NCBI GenBank assembly: GCA_000165425.1
Contig: CT868363.1
Span: 310,001-374,000 of the forward strand
Reading direction: 5' to 3'
From: Paramecium tetraurelia
Taxonomy: Eukaryota
DNA length: 64,000 nucleotides
The notes beneath the pieces were generated by a model. That model saw only the letters and a list, made by a program, of their open reading frames with translations. It was not told where the DNA came from and searched no databases. The position numbers and the translations under genes were made by a program. Numbering within the stretch: position 1 is the stretch's first letter; each line of letters begins with the position of its first letter. Below, piece by piece: positions 1-14,162 of the stretch.

Positions 1-225
1 TAGTAAATATCATTATAGATTATGGAATATATTTGGATGTCCATGTAATATATGTAAATTATTACAGTTCCGGGATCAATGATGAGATCTATAGAGCCTT
101 TACAATAACCCATGTTATTACGATTACTGATGGTTCTACCCAAAATCATAGCATTCATACTAATATTCTGCATCCTGCTCTTAATATATCCATTTTTTTG
201 TTTAATTATCACTGTTAAATTCCAT
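1..225 (-). CDS. 5' fragment of a gene running off the window edge, product unknown
   Basis: ATG at 225 after AT-rich DNA gives MEFNSDNQTKKWIYQEQDAEY. A candidate 25-nt GT..AG intron follows, and the downstream frame is ambiguous. Confidence 0.35.
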
Positions 226-472
226 TATCAATAATTTAAAATCAAAAAGTAAGTCTTAAATTAAAATTATATTAGAATCAGAATATTATTGGTATTTCTA
301 TTTCCATTGACTTACTTGATACATTTTTTTTATAAAGGAATATTTGTTGTGCAGCATAAATTACATTCTCTTAGTTGAAAATATATTAAAATAATGTATG
401 TTTATATTTAATATGCAATATTTTTAGGTGAAATATCGTCACTTAAAAATTTTATTAGTATAATATTTAATT

Positions 473-2892
473 ATGCAATAGTAAGAGATTTAACTCAATA
501 ATTATGATGATATCTCATTCAAAATATAATAATCCCAATAGAATAAATGTCTATTGGAATAATAAGCATCACATTATGAGATGAATAAACAAAATGAGAG
601 TGTTTTTACCACATTTGAAAATTTTGAATGTTAACCTGAATTATAGCAAAAATTGGCAGATGCAATTAAATAAGAAACTCTCTAATTTAAATAATACCGT
701 AAGTAGGTATCTCAAACTCTGCAGGAAGCATAATAAATAGTCGTTGATTATTTTTAAGAAACGAAAAAAGAAATTAAAAAGATAATAAATTCCTTAAAAA
801 CTACTGAATTTCAATACAAATTAACTCAAAATTCATAAGAAAAAATAAAGTAATCCTTGATTGATCAACCATTCAAACAAAAATACTAGCAAGAAAAGTT
901 TGATGACATACTATAAATGTTGAATATTTTAATTTAATATTCTAAATCATTTCATTAATTAAAATTTGAGATATCCAAAACTGAACAATTGTTTAATAAT
1001 CAAGTTTAAATCACAGGTAATCATTGTTTTGGATTAAAACATGGGTGCCATTTTTATAAATTTTAAGATTTGCAATTCAAAGTATATCCTATATTTACAT
1101 ATTAAAGGGAGGAGAATATAAATATGGTGTAAAGGAAGGACAATGGAAGGAGATAATTTGGGCAAGATCAGAACCCATAGAGTTAATTTATGAACAAGGA
1201 TAATATATAAACGATAAAAGAATTGGAGAATGGAATACAATTGATTTAATAGCAAACTAGATTTTGAGCTATGGAAATTATGATGAATTTGGAAACAAAC
1301 AAGGTAAATGGCTTGAAATGAAAATAAAATAAGACGAAAACAATAATATTAAGTAAATATTAATTTTCATTTAGAATTGTTGAATGGCATCAAAATTATG
1401 TAAATGATTTCCCATAAAATGAAAGAAGATTAACATCGATTATCAGAGTATTAAGAGATATTAAATATATAGAATTCCTTAATTTTGAGTCAAGCTAACT
1501 GTCCTTAAATTCCAATAACGGAGGGATATTTAATTAGATAAGGAAAATAAAAATAAGGAGATAATGAGATATTTTTGTAATTGCAACCTTAAGGCTAGAT
1601 GCTTTATTTATTCCAATCCTAATCCTTTAATGCTTAACCTATGTAAGAATTATAGTTTAAATAGTGAAATCATCAATTTGATTAACATTCATTCAGTGTT
1701 TCATTAAAAAAACTCAAAAAAATAGGATTTAGTTGAAATCAATTTTCTGAATGGTAAAAAGGCGTAATTTATGGCTAAAACAGAACGTGCTGCTAAAAAA
1801 TGGGCTGAGTCATTTAATTAAGCTCTTTTGTACAATCAATGGATAACTGAAAAATAAAACTCATCAATATCTGTCTCAGATGCTTGTGAAGACGATAATA
1901 ATGATAAGGTTTTTATTGAGGATAATGTTTTACAAAATTAAAATTATTAGTATCTGAAAGAAGGATTTGATGACATCTCTTCATTAGATATAAAATAATT
2001 TGAATTGTAAAAGCAATTAGGAGAGGGATTATTTGGCAAAGTGTTTTTGGCTAAATATAAAAATAATAATATTTATGCCTTAAAACAAATGCAGAAGAGT
2101 TTTTTGAAAAAGTAGAATTTTTTAAAATATGCAATCACTGAGATGGAGATACTAAAAAGTGTGGAATGTCCATTTATTATTAAAAGTTATGCTTTTTTAG
2201 AAGTAATGTTATAAATTATAACATTTATAGAATGAAAAGTATTATTATATCATAATGGAGTATTGTCCAGGCAGAGATCTGATACATAATCTTATTGTTC
2301 ATGGGAAATTTAATGAAAATGAAAGTAGATTTTATATGGCTGAATTAATAATTGCCATAGAATATTTACATAAGAAGAATATCTTATATAGAGATTTGAA
2401 ACCAGAAAACATTCTAATAGACAGAAGAGGCCATATAAAACTAATTGATTTTGGACTGTGTAAGACTGAGATAAAGGATGGAGAAAGAAGTTTCAGTTTT
2501 TGTGGTTCACCTTATTATATGTCACCAGAAGTGATTGAGCAAAGAGGGGCAACAAAAGCCTCTGATATTTACGGATTAGGAGCTATTTTCTATGAATTAT
2601 TAACAGGAAAATCTCCATATTTTGATAAAAACTAAGAAAATGTTAAATAAAATATCAAGGATACTAAACTTATATATCCAAGCAATATTTCATAATAAGC
2701 TAGAGACCTAATTCAAGTAATATTATTATAATGAGTATTTAGTAAATGCTTGAAGTTGATGATAGCAAAAGAATTACGTTGAATGCAATAAAATCAGATA
2801 AATTTTTTAATGGTGTTGATTGGGGTAGAATGTATAAATAATAATATGTTCCTCCAATAAGGGAATTTGAAGATCTATCAGATGACGATTGA
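473..2892 (+). CDS. Coiled-coil + MORN-like repeats + PH domain + AGC-group Ser/Thr kinase
   Basis: Code-6 frame stays open after removing tiny introns (1082-1107, 1353-1374, 1448-1472 and three more). Motifs: GGEYKYGVKEGQW and GNYDEFGNKQGKW repeats; PH ITEGYLIRQG...AAKKWAESFNQAL; kinase GEGLFGKV, YRDLKPEN, DFG, SFCGSPYYMSPE. TGA at 2890-2892. Confidence 0.8.
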
Positions 2893-2937
2893 CATTTACA
2901 ATAGCTATATCAATATTGTACTGTTTTATATAATTGA

Positions 2938-3367
2938 TCATTCTTTCAAAGCAAACTTTCTTAATGGGAAATTGTTCAATCTTTTCCATTGTCTTTGTGT
3001 TTTTTATGCTTGATTTATTTATCATTTATAATTACCTCTTTCGCTTCTTGTGAGTCTTTATCTAATTGCTCTAGTTTTTTTGCCTCTAAGATCAACTGGG
3101 AGTTTAGTACTTGACTTGGCTGCATTTTTCACAGAATTTCTTCTCTATTCGTTGATCACTGTTAAAAATTTAGCAATTCGCTTTCTAACAAGCTTAATTC
3201 ATTGTTTAATTGTATACTCCAATTCTGCCAAGTTTTTGGGCATTACCAGCTGATACCTTAACTGTTCTCAATTAAATGAGTTCTCCTTTGAGCTTCTCTA
3301 AATCTTTAACAAGATCTTCTGGCTTTTATTCTCTCAGCTTTTTCACCTTGAACTTTTGCGAAGACAT
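2938..3367 (-). CDS. RPL35: 60S ribosomal protein L35 (uL29)
   Basis: MSSQKFKVKKLREQKPEDLVKDLEKLKGELIQLRTVK...VRKRIAKFLTVINE...LPVDLRGKKTRAIRQRLT...FPLRKFALKE*; two tiny introns. Confidence 0.97.
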
Positions 3368-3400
3368 ATTTTAAAAAAAAGGATTTAATTTTTATCAAAT

Positions 3401-4605
<1,205 letters not shown>

Positions 4606-4787
4606 AATATATTTAGAGTTTTTAAAATTTCTTTCTTGTTTTCAAGCATAATTTTTATATTTTGAATTTATATTAATAGATTTCATGCGGCTGAGTATAA
4701 AGAAAATATGAGACAAACAACTTAGAGTTAATAAATACTTTTAATTTTTTCTAATAATTATATTAATTATTATATAAATTCAAAGAT

Positions 4788-5231
4788 TCAATGAGGCATT
4801 CTAATGTCCTTTTGAGAGTGAAATCTTTTATTGGTAGTTAGTATGGGCAATCTAGTAATAGAACAATCCTCTGGTATATCTTCATAAAATGGTACAGTGG
4901 TTTCTCTTAATCTTTTTTTTGTTTATTCGATAATGGATTTAGAGGATTTGAATGATATAATCTATTTGTCATGCTTCTGAATATATCCAATTATATATTC
5001 TTGCAAAGTTGATATGATTTCAATGTGAGTTTTGAGAATTTTCTTATTGAATTGAGTATGAGTAACATCCTGATTTTGATAATGTTACACGTAAGCTGCA
5101 CTACTAGGATGACTCTCAGCATAATCTGTCAAATTATACACAGATTTCTTGTATGCATATAATGATAGTTGATTTTTTCTGGCATAGTGTTGCATTTCCT
5201 TCAAATCATTAAAATAAACATATTGATTCAT
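4788..5231 (-). CDS. Divergent cytochrome b5-like heme/steroid-binding domain protein
   Basis: Intronless 147-aa frame. AYKKSVYNLTDYAESHPSS...QDVT...TH...LQEYIIGYI follows the cyt-b5 pattern (VYDVTxFxxxHPGG...H...IIG). Confidence 0.75.
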
Positions 5232-6255
5232 TATTTGTAATTAATATTAATTAAAACAGTATTTTATAAAAACCCTTGCTTAAATAATCGTTCATCAATA
5301 GTTAAACCTATTTAACTTGAAAATATTATATATATAAATATATTTTACTTTATTTAATTTTAACATTAAATATTATATATAGAAGAATTCTTAAGAATTC
5401 AAATTTAATTTTCCTCAAATCGAATGCTTAATTTTCGAATAAATTAGTTTCATGTTTATGTTAATAGGATGCTAGTAACTAAGAGATTTTGTTATTTAAT
5501 TACATGACTACCATGTGTTATTATTTTATTCAAGCCTTTTAAAGTACAATTATCAATATCCTTAAATTAGTCATCTAATTACTTTATAGATTAATTTTAC
5601 TGAGTTTTATTATTGAATCTTATCTTAAATTTAATTAACATCGTTCAAAATAATTTATCTGATATTTTTATATTCAAATAAATATATCCATAAAGAGATT
5701 TTATTAATAATTATTGGATTATCTCCTTTCATTCTATAATCATATATCAAAAAATTAGCTTATTATTGCTATTTTTATTTTTGAAATTTTTATGGTATCA
5801 AATTAGGTAATAGTAATCGTATCCTCTTATGATTACTTGACTTTCAGTAACTTTAAAAACGATGGCCTCTATCAATCAGATTATTAATCCTTGAATTATT
5901 CTGGAATTCTAATCTCTAAAGTAATAAATGTAACATCAATTAATTTTATCTATTCTTAGAGCTATTTTTTTTTATAATAGAATACAAAATGTATATGTAA
6001 TATCTATCTATCTAACAAAAGATGTGAAACCATAATAATTTTATATAATATACAAGTAACTCTGTTTTAAAAATAAGAGCGAAGCACTGTAGTGGATAAC
6101 AGCAATAGTTGATACAGCTTTTTATTAGGAGGCTGTTGAAGAATAAAATTTAGATATTGCAAAATTCTAAATTTGGCATTATTGGAATCAAAAAAATTTA
6201 ATGATTTTTTTTAATTAAAATATGGAGAGTTGAATATTGTAATGTATTAATAAAA

Positions 6256-8595
6256 ATGGATAATAAGGAGAATGAGAAGTAGGCTAAATTAAAGGAATTT
6301 CAAAGGAGATTTCCAAACTACATGAATGGCAAGAAAGTAATATTTCCAATCATGGATGAGATAATAGTTCAATTTTCACAAATATTTCCTTAAAGCAATC
6401 AATTTGGGAAGATGAGAGAGGGGAATGTAATTAAGACTTTCTCACCTATTCCTTTAAATCAATAAATTGAGATTACAACCTTCATAAATGCTTTTCCTTA
6501 TAATTAGTAATTCGCAGCAATGTCGGATAGCTAGAATTAGTTTTAATTGTTGCTCTCCCCTTTACTAAAGCTAACAGGGCACTTAATCAAAGACTATCAT
6601 ACTAATGCGACATTTTCAAATAGTTATCAATACTCAACCTTTGATACATAGGAACAGTCAGATCGTATTAACTTCAAGTTGGCAGCCTTTATAGTGGAGG
6701 ATATCTTTAAGTATAAAATGGGTTTGTTGAAGCCAATAGACATAGCAAAACAAAGGTAAGTGAAGGATGAAATAAAAAAGAAGGGGAACAAGCCTCAAAA
6801 AATGAGTTTATTATCAATTGTAGAGAAATAATAAGAGGAAGAAAAGGACTTAAATTAGGATCTAACAATTTAGAGTTAGAAATATGAATTTGAAAATTAC
6901 TTGGATCCTACTTGTTAATTTTTTTGGAAAATAGCCTATGAGTCATTTAATAAAATAATAAAGAAATCACAAAGAACAAAATTATAGGATATGGATATAG
7001 AATAGGATTCGGATGAACAGCCAGAAACGATTCAGAATGTCAATAAGGAAACACTAAGTTAAGATAACATTGAGATGAGACGATAATAGATAATTAGTAA
7101 ATATTAATAGCTTTGCAAGTTGAAGGACTAAAGTAAAAAGAAAAGCAAATAAACAAAATAATACTCCTAAATTAAATCATTTAAGATTAAGGACAGATAT
7201 ACTGATTTAGAAATGCTGAGATTCAATAATCTATTTAAGTTTTTGGTTCAGAATTGGCCATCGTTCTTACTTTAATCAATCAAACTGCCATATGTCTAAT
7301 CCTTATTTACTGATTAGGAACTTAGAAACATCAAGAGTATAGGTCAGAACGAATTAGGTTACTTTGGATTGAAGGCTAAATAGAGAGCTGACATAACGAG
7401 TAATCTGATTGAAGGAGTTCGTGAAACTGATAGTTTTAAAGTAATTATTGAGTACAGATAAGAAGTTACGGAGGCAGTAGGATTAGTTTTAGAAAATGTG
7501 CAAGATGAATTGAACAGTATCAATCAATCATTATAAAAGAAAGATAGTCAATATACTCAATAGTAATAACAGTAATACAGAAAGGTTTATAAGTAATATC
7601 TTTAATTAGTCGAATTTAATCGGCTCTTCATTAATGGATGCTTATATTTGGGTTCCGATATTCATGGATTTGATTACCATATATTCTCGAATGATATTGA
7701 TCACATCTATTAAAATAATGGTTCAGAATGGAGAGTCTTAGATGAAAATTAAGTGCAATAACTATTTAAGACTTTGAATGTTTGTGGTGTAAAGGAAAGA
7801 GAATTGTAAACCAATATTCAAAAGTTAATGGCTTGTGAATTATTTAATGATTAAGAAACAAAGGAATTGATCACAATTAAAAATGTTGAGCAAAGTTAAG
7901 TTTAGGCTGGCAATAGAAGTCCAAAGCAATTAATAGTCAAAATACTATTAGAAGTTGTTTAAAAGTATACTGATATTTTGATGGTAAGAAAATTGAGATG
8001 GGAATCATACAAGATCAGAGAAAAGTTTTAAAATACTATTAAAACACTTGAAAACCCTTTGGATATGGTTGATTTTATGAAGATTCTAATTGAATAATTT
8101 GAAACTGCTTAAGTATTGATAATAGATTAGTAAAAAATGTAGAATGGAAGTTAGTATGACCAAAGAGATTTAAAGGAATTTCAGTAAAGATTGCGTATAT
8201 ACGAAAATAAACTGAAAGGTTTGAAAGAACCTGAGAAGATTTTATTTTATGATACTCAACTATTCTAAATGATGGAATCAAGGGAACACATCAAACCTAA
8301 TGGTGTGAAATGTAATACGAAATTCTGGTAATAGAGTTTAGGACTAGAAGTCAAAGAGGCATTGATGAATTTTGCAAATAAAGTGGATAAAGAGCATCAA
8401 CAATATGATGTTGTATTTATGGCCAGTACCTTATTATTAGCAGTTCAAGAATATGAACTCTCGAGTTCTGCTTAAGACAATGAAGATGATGAATTACTGA
8501 GATAGATTGTAAAGGATGTAAAAGTTGATAATTCCAATTTTCCATCTAAAATAGATAATCATTAGAAAAACAACCAAATTATTGAATTAGATTGA
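6256..8595 (+). CDS. ICOP1: ISWI-complex partner with WHIM1 and WSD (GxD) motifs; matches the Paramecium ICOP (ISWI1 complex protein) family
   Basis: Intronless 779-aa frame. FPIMDEII, QNWPSFLL, WHIM1-like GYFGLKAKQRADITSNLIEGVRETDSFKVIIE, and WSD LGSDIHGFDYHIF. Length and GSD motif agree with my recollection of the published ICOP proteins; the paralog assignment is unverified. Confidence 0.75.
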
Positions 8596-8660
8596 ATTAG
8601 TTTTTATATCTAAATTTATTAACGTAATCCACATCAATTTAATTAAATATCTATATCATT

Positions 8661-9706
8661 TCATAAGCAATTCTACTTTCTACCAAATTTGATATCATAA
8701 AATTCTTCTTCACTTTCCTCTTCCGGTTCAGCAAAGATAATAGTTCTTTCACTGGGATACTTTTTATCATTCACAGTTATTCTTCCTCTTACTGTTTTCA
8801 ACTTGACATTCCTTTTTAAGAACGACTGTTGTTTAGGTTAGGATATAGGATTAATATTTAAAAACACTTTGTATTCCATTTCTTATTAGACATCAATTGC
8901 GTCTGAATACATCTTATACTTTTAACAATTGTCATCCTCAAAGAAATAATTATACACATATAATTTCTGGTTTTCTTTGATTGTAGGCTATAACCAATAG
9001 TCAGGAGTTAATTAATCATCTCGTGTAATTTAACCTTGGCTAATACATTTTAAATCGAACATGAAAGAAATGCAATTTAATAATAAATGGAAGTTCTTCC
9101 TTGTCATTTTCTAAGTTACTGTAGAGTAGAGTTCTGTGATATCTTCTCCATCATAATCGATACTAATCATCAGTAGAAGAGAAAGCTATTCTGACATAAA
9201 TTTTAATTTATTAGTGAATGAATCATCTGATGGAAGAACCTTGCACTACAATACGCGAGATATTGCTGATCCAGGTACTCTAACTAGTCTCTTTCTGTAT
9301 TCTGATTTCTTCTGCACGAATACTTAGATTCCATTTTCTATTGCTGTTTTAAAGGAGCGATACATTCTGCTTTAGAACTTTTTTGACTGAATTCTGCAGA
9401 TATAATACAATTTTACTATATTCCTGATGTCTTTTGGAAGTCAGGCAAGGCTTGTTTGATTATGGCTGAATGCTTGATGACAGTTGTAACCAATAATCTC
9501 AGCTATTATTTATCTAATTCCACGTTTGGACTTATGATAGATTGATATGCTGGCTTTAGTAGACAGGGCTTAGAAATAGTAATATGAAACATGTTTTCCA
9601 GGACTTTCGCTATTTCTGGCCATCTGATTGCCCCATCTTTTCCACATTCCACTAGTTATTTTAAGGTTTCGGCGAATTTAGGATTTTCATTGACATGAGT
9701 GAGCAT
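8661..9706 (-). CDS. Degenerate Myb/SANT-like protein (paralog A)
   Basis: MLTHVNENPKFAETLKQLV...IRWPEIAKVLE...AYQSIISP; one intron; acidic tail VKLKTVRGRITVNDKKYPSERTIIFAEPEEESEEE. Clear paralog at 29798-30843. Confidence 0.8.
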
Positions 9707-9874
9707 TAGATGATAATTTTATGAAATAACTGATAATCAAAAATTCCTTTAAATATTAATTAATGATACTAAATTGAAATTAATCAAATTGATTAAATGG
9801 CTAAACAACAAAAGAAACGACTTGGAATCTCTAAATGGTAGAAATCTAATATTTTAATAATTAAGTTATGTTAA

Positions 9875-11536
9875 TCACAAAAGCTAATTCTGTTGTTATG
9901 GCTAATCATTTCCAAGTATATTATCTACATTGATTACAAACTATTAATTATTTTAACCATCCTGAGCCTATGGTTAATTATTGGCTTGTTATTGTTGAGG
10001 CACTTCCTCTTAGACTAGCTGATTGGGAACTTAAGCAGGAGCATTCCCTTCGACAGGTAGAAGTTCCTCTTGATTCAAAAGATTGTTTAATAAGATGTAA
10101 TTTTTATCGACCAGAGCCAAATTCTAGATTTAGAAGAACCTAAGGTAGTACAATATATATATACCTTCTTCCGCAAAGAGGAAAGAACATAGTCCATAGA
10201 GTGGGAATGTCATTGATCCAATTCATATTGAACAATGGACAGTAGTATGCTCGTGGACGATCAAGTGTAGGTGTGTACGGAGATTCTATAGGCCAATCCA
10301 GAGCTGCTATTTCAAAGTTGAGCACAAAGAAGGAAATTATGGTAAATTGTGAGAAGATGCAAATTTAAAAGGCCAGGTTGTAATATCCATATGAAGTAGA
10401 TTCAAAGTAATATGTGAACAGCATATAGGTTGAGACTATGTACTTGGGCACAAAATAAAGGGATGCTCTGGTTCTCAAAAATATGATACTCACAAATTCA
10501 TTTAATAGGAATGATCTAAATATGATGGATAATTATTGTTACGAGAAAAAGTTTTCAGCCAATCCTTTTGGGTAACTTTTTGCAAACAATTGAATTGAAC
10601 TATTATAACCAGTGAATTACAAAAAGTAGACCAAGTAAAATAAAATCAACATTTAGATAAATGAATTGAGCAGCTCCTTTTTTAGTTTTTGATTTCTATT
10701 CAAAATAGTCAGATATTAGCCTACCCAAGGAAATGCATCAATTAAGGCTTGTGCTTAAATATCTTAATTCTAACAGATTTGCATGCAATTCACTTTTAGG
10801 TTATTTATAACAAATACTCATGTATATTATTAAAATAGGAGCACATATTATGGACATCTTCATGTAAATTGAGGCTATAATTGATTGTAGAAATATTCCC
10901 AAAATGCACTTGATGAACTCTGTTAAAGTTGTGTAGATTCTTTCATCGTAAGCAACAACATATTTTCCTAATTTTAATCAAATATTAAACTTTGAAGCTA
11001 TTGCTTATTCCAACTCCAAGTCTCATTTGTATTTTGATTCAATAATTGTACATCGCCATCATAATTGGAACCAAGGAAATCAAGAAAATCAATAATAAAC
11101 ATAGTTTCTAAATCTGAAGCCAAACACAAAAAAGCATTAAATCCTTTAGTGTAATATTGTATCTCTACCAAATGAGTTTCAACAGTGAAATTATATTTCT
11201 GTTGAAATTCATTACTCATATAAAGAAGGGTTTTGTTAAATGTAAATTTCATTGAGAGGTATGATTCATTTTAGTTTAACAATTCGCTATCAGTGATATT
11301 GAAAATATAGATTGTTTCATTATCAAAATTATCTATGCTTTAACATGCTTTATACATATAGATTCTTGGTCCTAGAAAGATTTGTACTATTCTCTGAATT
11401 GTAATAAAAATAAGAAAAAGAGTCCCAAAAATGTTAATGTTGAAAAGAAATAGGCTCCGGCAGTAAAAATCTTTCGTATCAACGGTCCAAATAGTATTCT
11501 TCTATGAATCCTGTATAATTGCTTTTCGAATTCCAT
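9875..11536 (-). CDS. TMEM259: Membralin (TMEM259)-like multi-pass ER membrane protein
   Basis: EFVSIIFLRTRASLYFVPKYIVSTYMLFTYYFESTSYGYYNLAFQ...FFVLNFEIAAL matches the membralin C-terminal core; N-terminal TM segment; Q-rich tail. Confidence 0.8.
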
Positions 11537-11569
11537 TATAAATTTTAATTAATATAATTATCAAAAATG

Positions 11570-12238
11570 TTCTTTTTCCTAAACGATTGTTGGAACTGAA
11601 TTTCCATCAGCATGTACCAATAGTTACCGATAGAAATACTTTAAAATTATAAACAACCAATATCTAACTTCTCACACAAGTGTATAGCATAAAGTCCTAA
11701 TTAATGTATCTCTCTAATTTATTTGCCCTAATTTAGTGTCGTATAATACAATCTATATCTACTTCTACGTTCTATTATAGCATCTCAATGTATACTCTGC
11801 TGAATCATAGACTAATTATCTTTGCCAAGCAAAGTTGGAACTTTATAGATGTAAAAAAACCACAACAGTAGTCTGCTTCAAATAGAAACAATATCATTAA
11901 TCCTATAATTCATATTCTAAATTAATTAGAATTATACTTGTTTTTAAAAATAACATAGTTGAGTAAGTTAGTAACAAAAATACACTCAGGAACAAAGTAG
12001 GTGTCCTTAAAAATAGAACTCGTTCAAGTTCCATTGTATATACTGTCCTATCATTTTGATTATTTTTAATCTAGAAACAATCTGTCAGCTAAAAAGTATT
12101 CGAATTTATAAATTTAAAGTCTTGACTAGATCCCAATTAAAGTTTAGTAACTAAAAGACAACCAGCTTAATAATGCAAATTTCATACAAATTTTACTTTT
12201 TCTCTAAGACCCTCAATTGAAATTCCATTTGTCCTCAT
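11570..12238 (-). pseudogene. Probable decayed membrane-protein gene (possibly TLC/LAG1-like)
   Basis: Hydrophobic coding-like pieces (FLLLTYSTMLF, IGLMILFLFE, ISL*FSRVYIEML, YWLFIILKYFYRQL) are broken by TGAs at 11910-12, 11805-07 and 11672-74, plus a frameshift. Confidence 0.4.
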
Positions 12239-12869
12239 TATTGAATTATTATTATTAATATATCTTTACTTTGTTTATATTTCCCAAAAAAGTGGTTACT
12301 TAAAATAAATTCATTTTTGCAAGAAAATGCATAATTAATAGTATCCTACAATCTAATTAAAACGGAGTATAGCATTGATTTTTCAAGGAATTTCTACTCA
12401 ATTCTTTATATTCATATCAAATTTCATAGTATGAAAGTATCAAATCAGTAGACAGTGAATATTGTGTAAAATCAACCAAAACAGTTTTTCTCCGTTAAAT
12501 ATATAGTATTTTAGTCGTAATAAATAGATATTCTTAAGATATTTTTTGATTTTATCTATTTAGTGTTAATAGGTCTTTATAAAAAGAGAGTCTCAAATTT
12601 AACTATAAATTATCCTTTTCAAAATCAGATATTTGAACTTGCATAAGTGACACTTCATCAAAATAAAGAGATCACCTTTATTTTCGTTATCAAAACTCCA
12701 ATTCCTTTTTCCTTGCCCAATGTAAAGAGGTATATAAACACTTGTGAAGAATTATGAAAGGGAAGATAAAAACAATAAATTTGTCACTGTCCTTACATAT
12801 TTTAAAGAAAGGATAATATAATGATGTTGTATAATTTTTTTTCTAATTTCATTATTTTATTTTAATTAA

Positions 12870-14142
12870 ATGTAAGAAAACAATGAATAAGCGTTAGACG
12901 ATCTGAGCAAAGAAGTATTAGTTTCATAATTGAAGGATAAAGTATTTAATACCAAATAAATGATAAGATAAAGGAAAATAAAACCATCACCAAAAAATTA
13001 GATAAATTATCTGAGAAATATGTTTAGACCTATAAGGAATATAAATTAATAGCAAAGGACAGAGAGACTTTGTTTTAAGCGATCTCATCAGTTTTGAATG
13101 ATGAACTTTACAAATTTGAATCGAAGCCTTTGGGTTTTATTTATTAATAAAAATAGGATAATTTGATCAAAATCAAATTCTGGATTTATTTAAGCAAAAG
13201 GATGAAGACAAATCTAAAGCCTTAACAAATCTGATTAAAGAAACTAATAATGAAAAATTTCAATTAGAAGAGAAATATCGTTAGATGATAGAGAAACAAG
13301 GGTAAAACACTGATCAAAAGACTCAATAAATAATCAAGCAACTAAAGCAGCAAATAAATGATCTAGATGTCAATAATACGAGATTGGCCAAAGAGATCAT
13401 AGAACTTAATGACATTATACAGATTAAAAATTAGCAATTGCAAACTCTTCATTAATTGGAAGAAGACAATGCTAATTTGAAAACCTAACTAATGGTCTAA
13501 GAATTACAATTGCAATAGCCAGATAGAGCAAACAAAATAAACTCCTCAGATCTTATGAATGAATAATTAAAGTTCAAATAATAGATTGACAAACTCTTGG
13601 AAGAGATTCAAAAACAGAATATTAAAATCTAAGATTTGGAATCGTAATTGTAATCTAAATAAAAAGCAGAGGCTGTTAAGGTTATTTAAAAGAGTTACGA
13701 AACTCCAACTCCTGATTATGATGAAATTAATCCATTTGAACAAGATGCTGCTTTAAAACAATAAGACATAATTATAAACAAACAGATATCAAATAAATAG
13801 ATATAAACAGATCAAACTATATAGAATAAAGAGGAAAGTGGTGATAGCAGAAATGTTAACTTTGAATATTTAAGGAATGTAGTTTACAAATACTTTTTGT
13901 ATTAAGAAACTAGAAATTATAAGGAGGCAACTATTTTAATGAATGCTATTATGACAATATTGAAGATGTCAAATGAAGAGAAGAGGAGAATAGATTAGGC
14001 CAGAGAGAGGGGTTTTCTTAAGAATGCTAAGAATCTCATCAGTGATAGTTTCGCATGTCTCAAGTAGCCTCAATTGAACGATATGAATTTGGATAGACCT
14101 ATTAGTAGAGTTGAGTAAATGAATAAACATATGATGAATTGA
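12870..14142 (+). CDS. Coiled-coil golgin with C-terminal GRIP domain
   Basis: Long heptad-rich frame ending in NVNFEYLRNVVYKYFLY...LMNAIMTILKMSNEEKRRI (GRIP signature). Confidence 0.85.
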
Positions 14143-14162
14143 TTTATTATAAATTATTTTGT

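Noticed and set aside
9934..10593. Long plus-strand open frame (about 220 codons in code 6)
   Set aside because: It is antisense to the membralin-like CDS, which has recognisable homology. With a single stop codon, long shadow frames are common.
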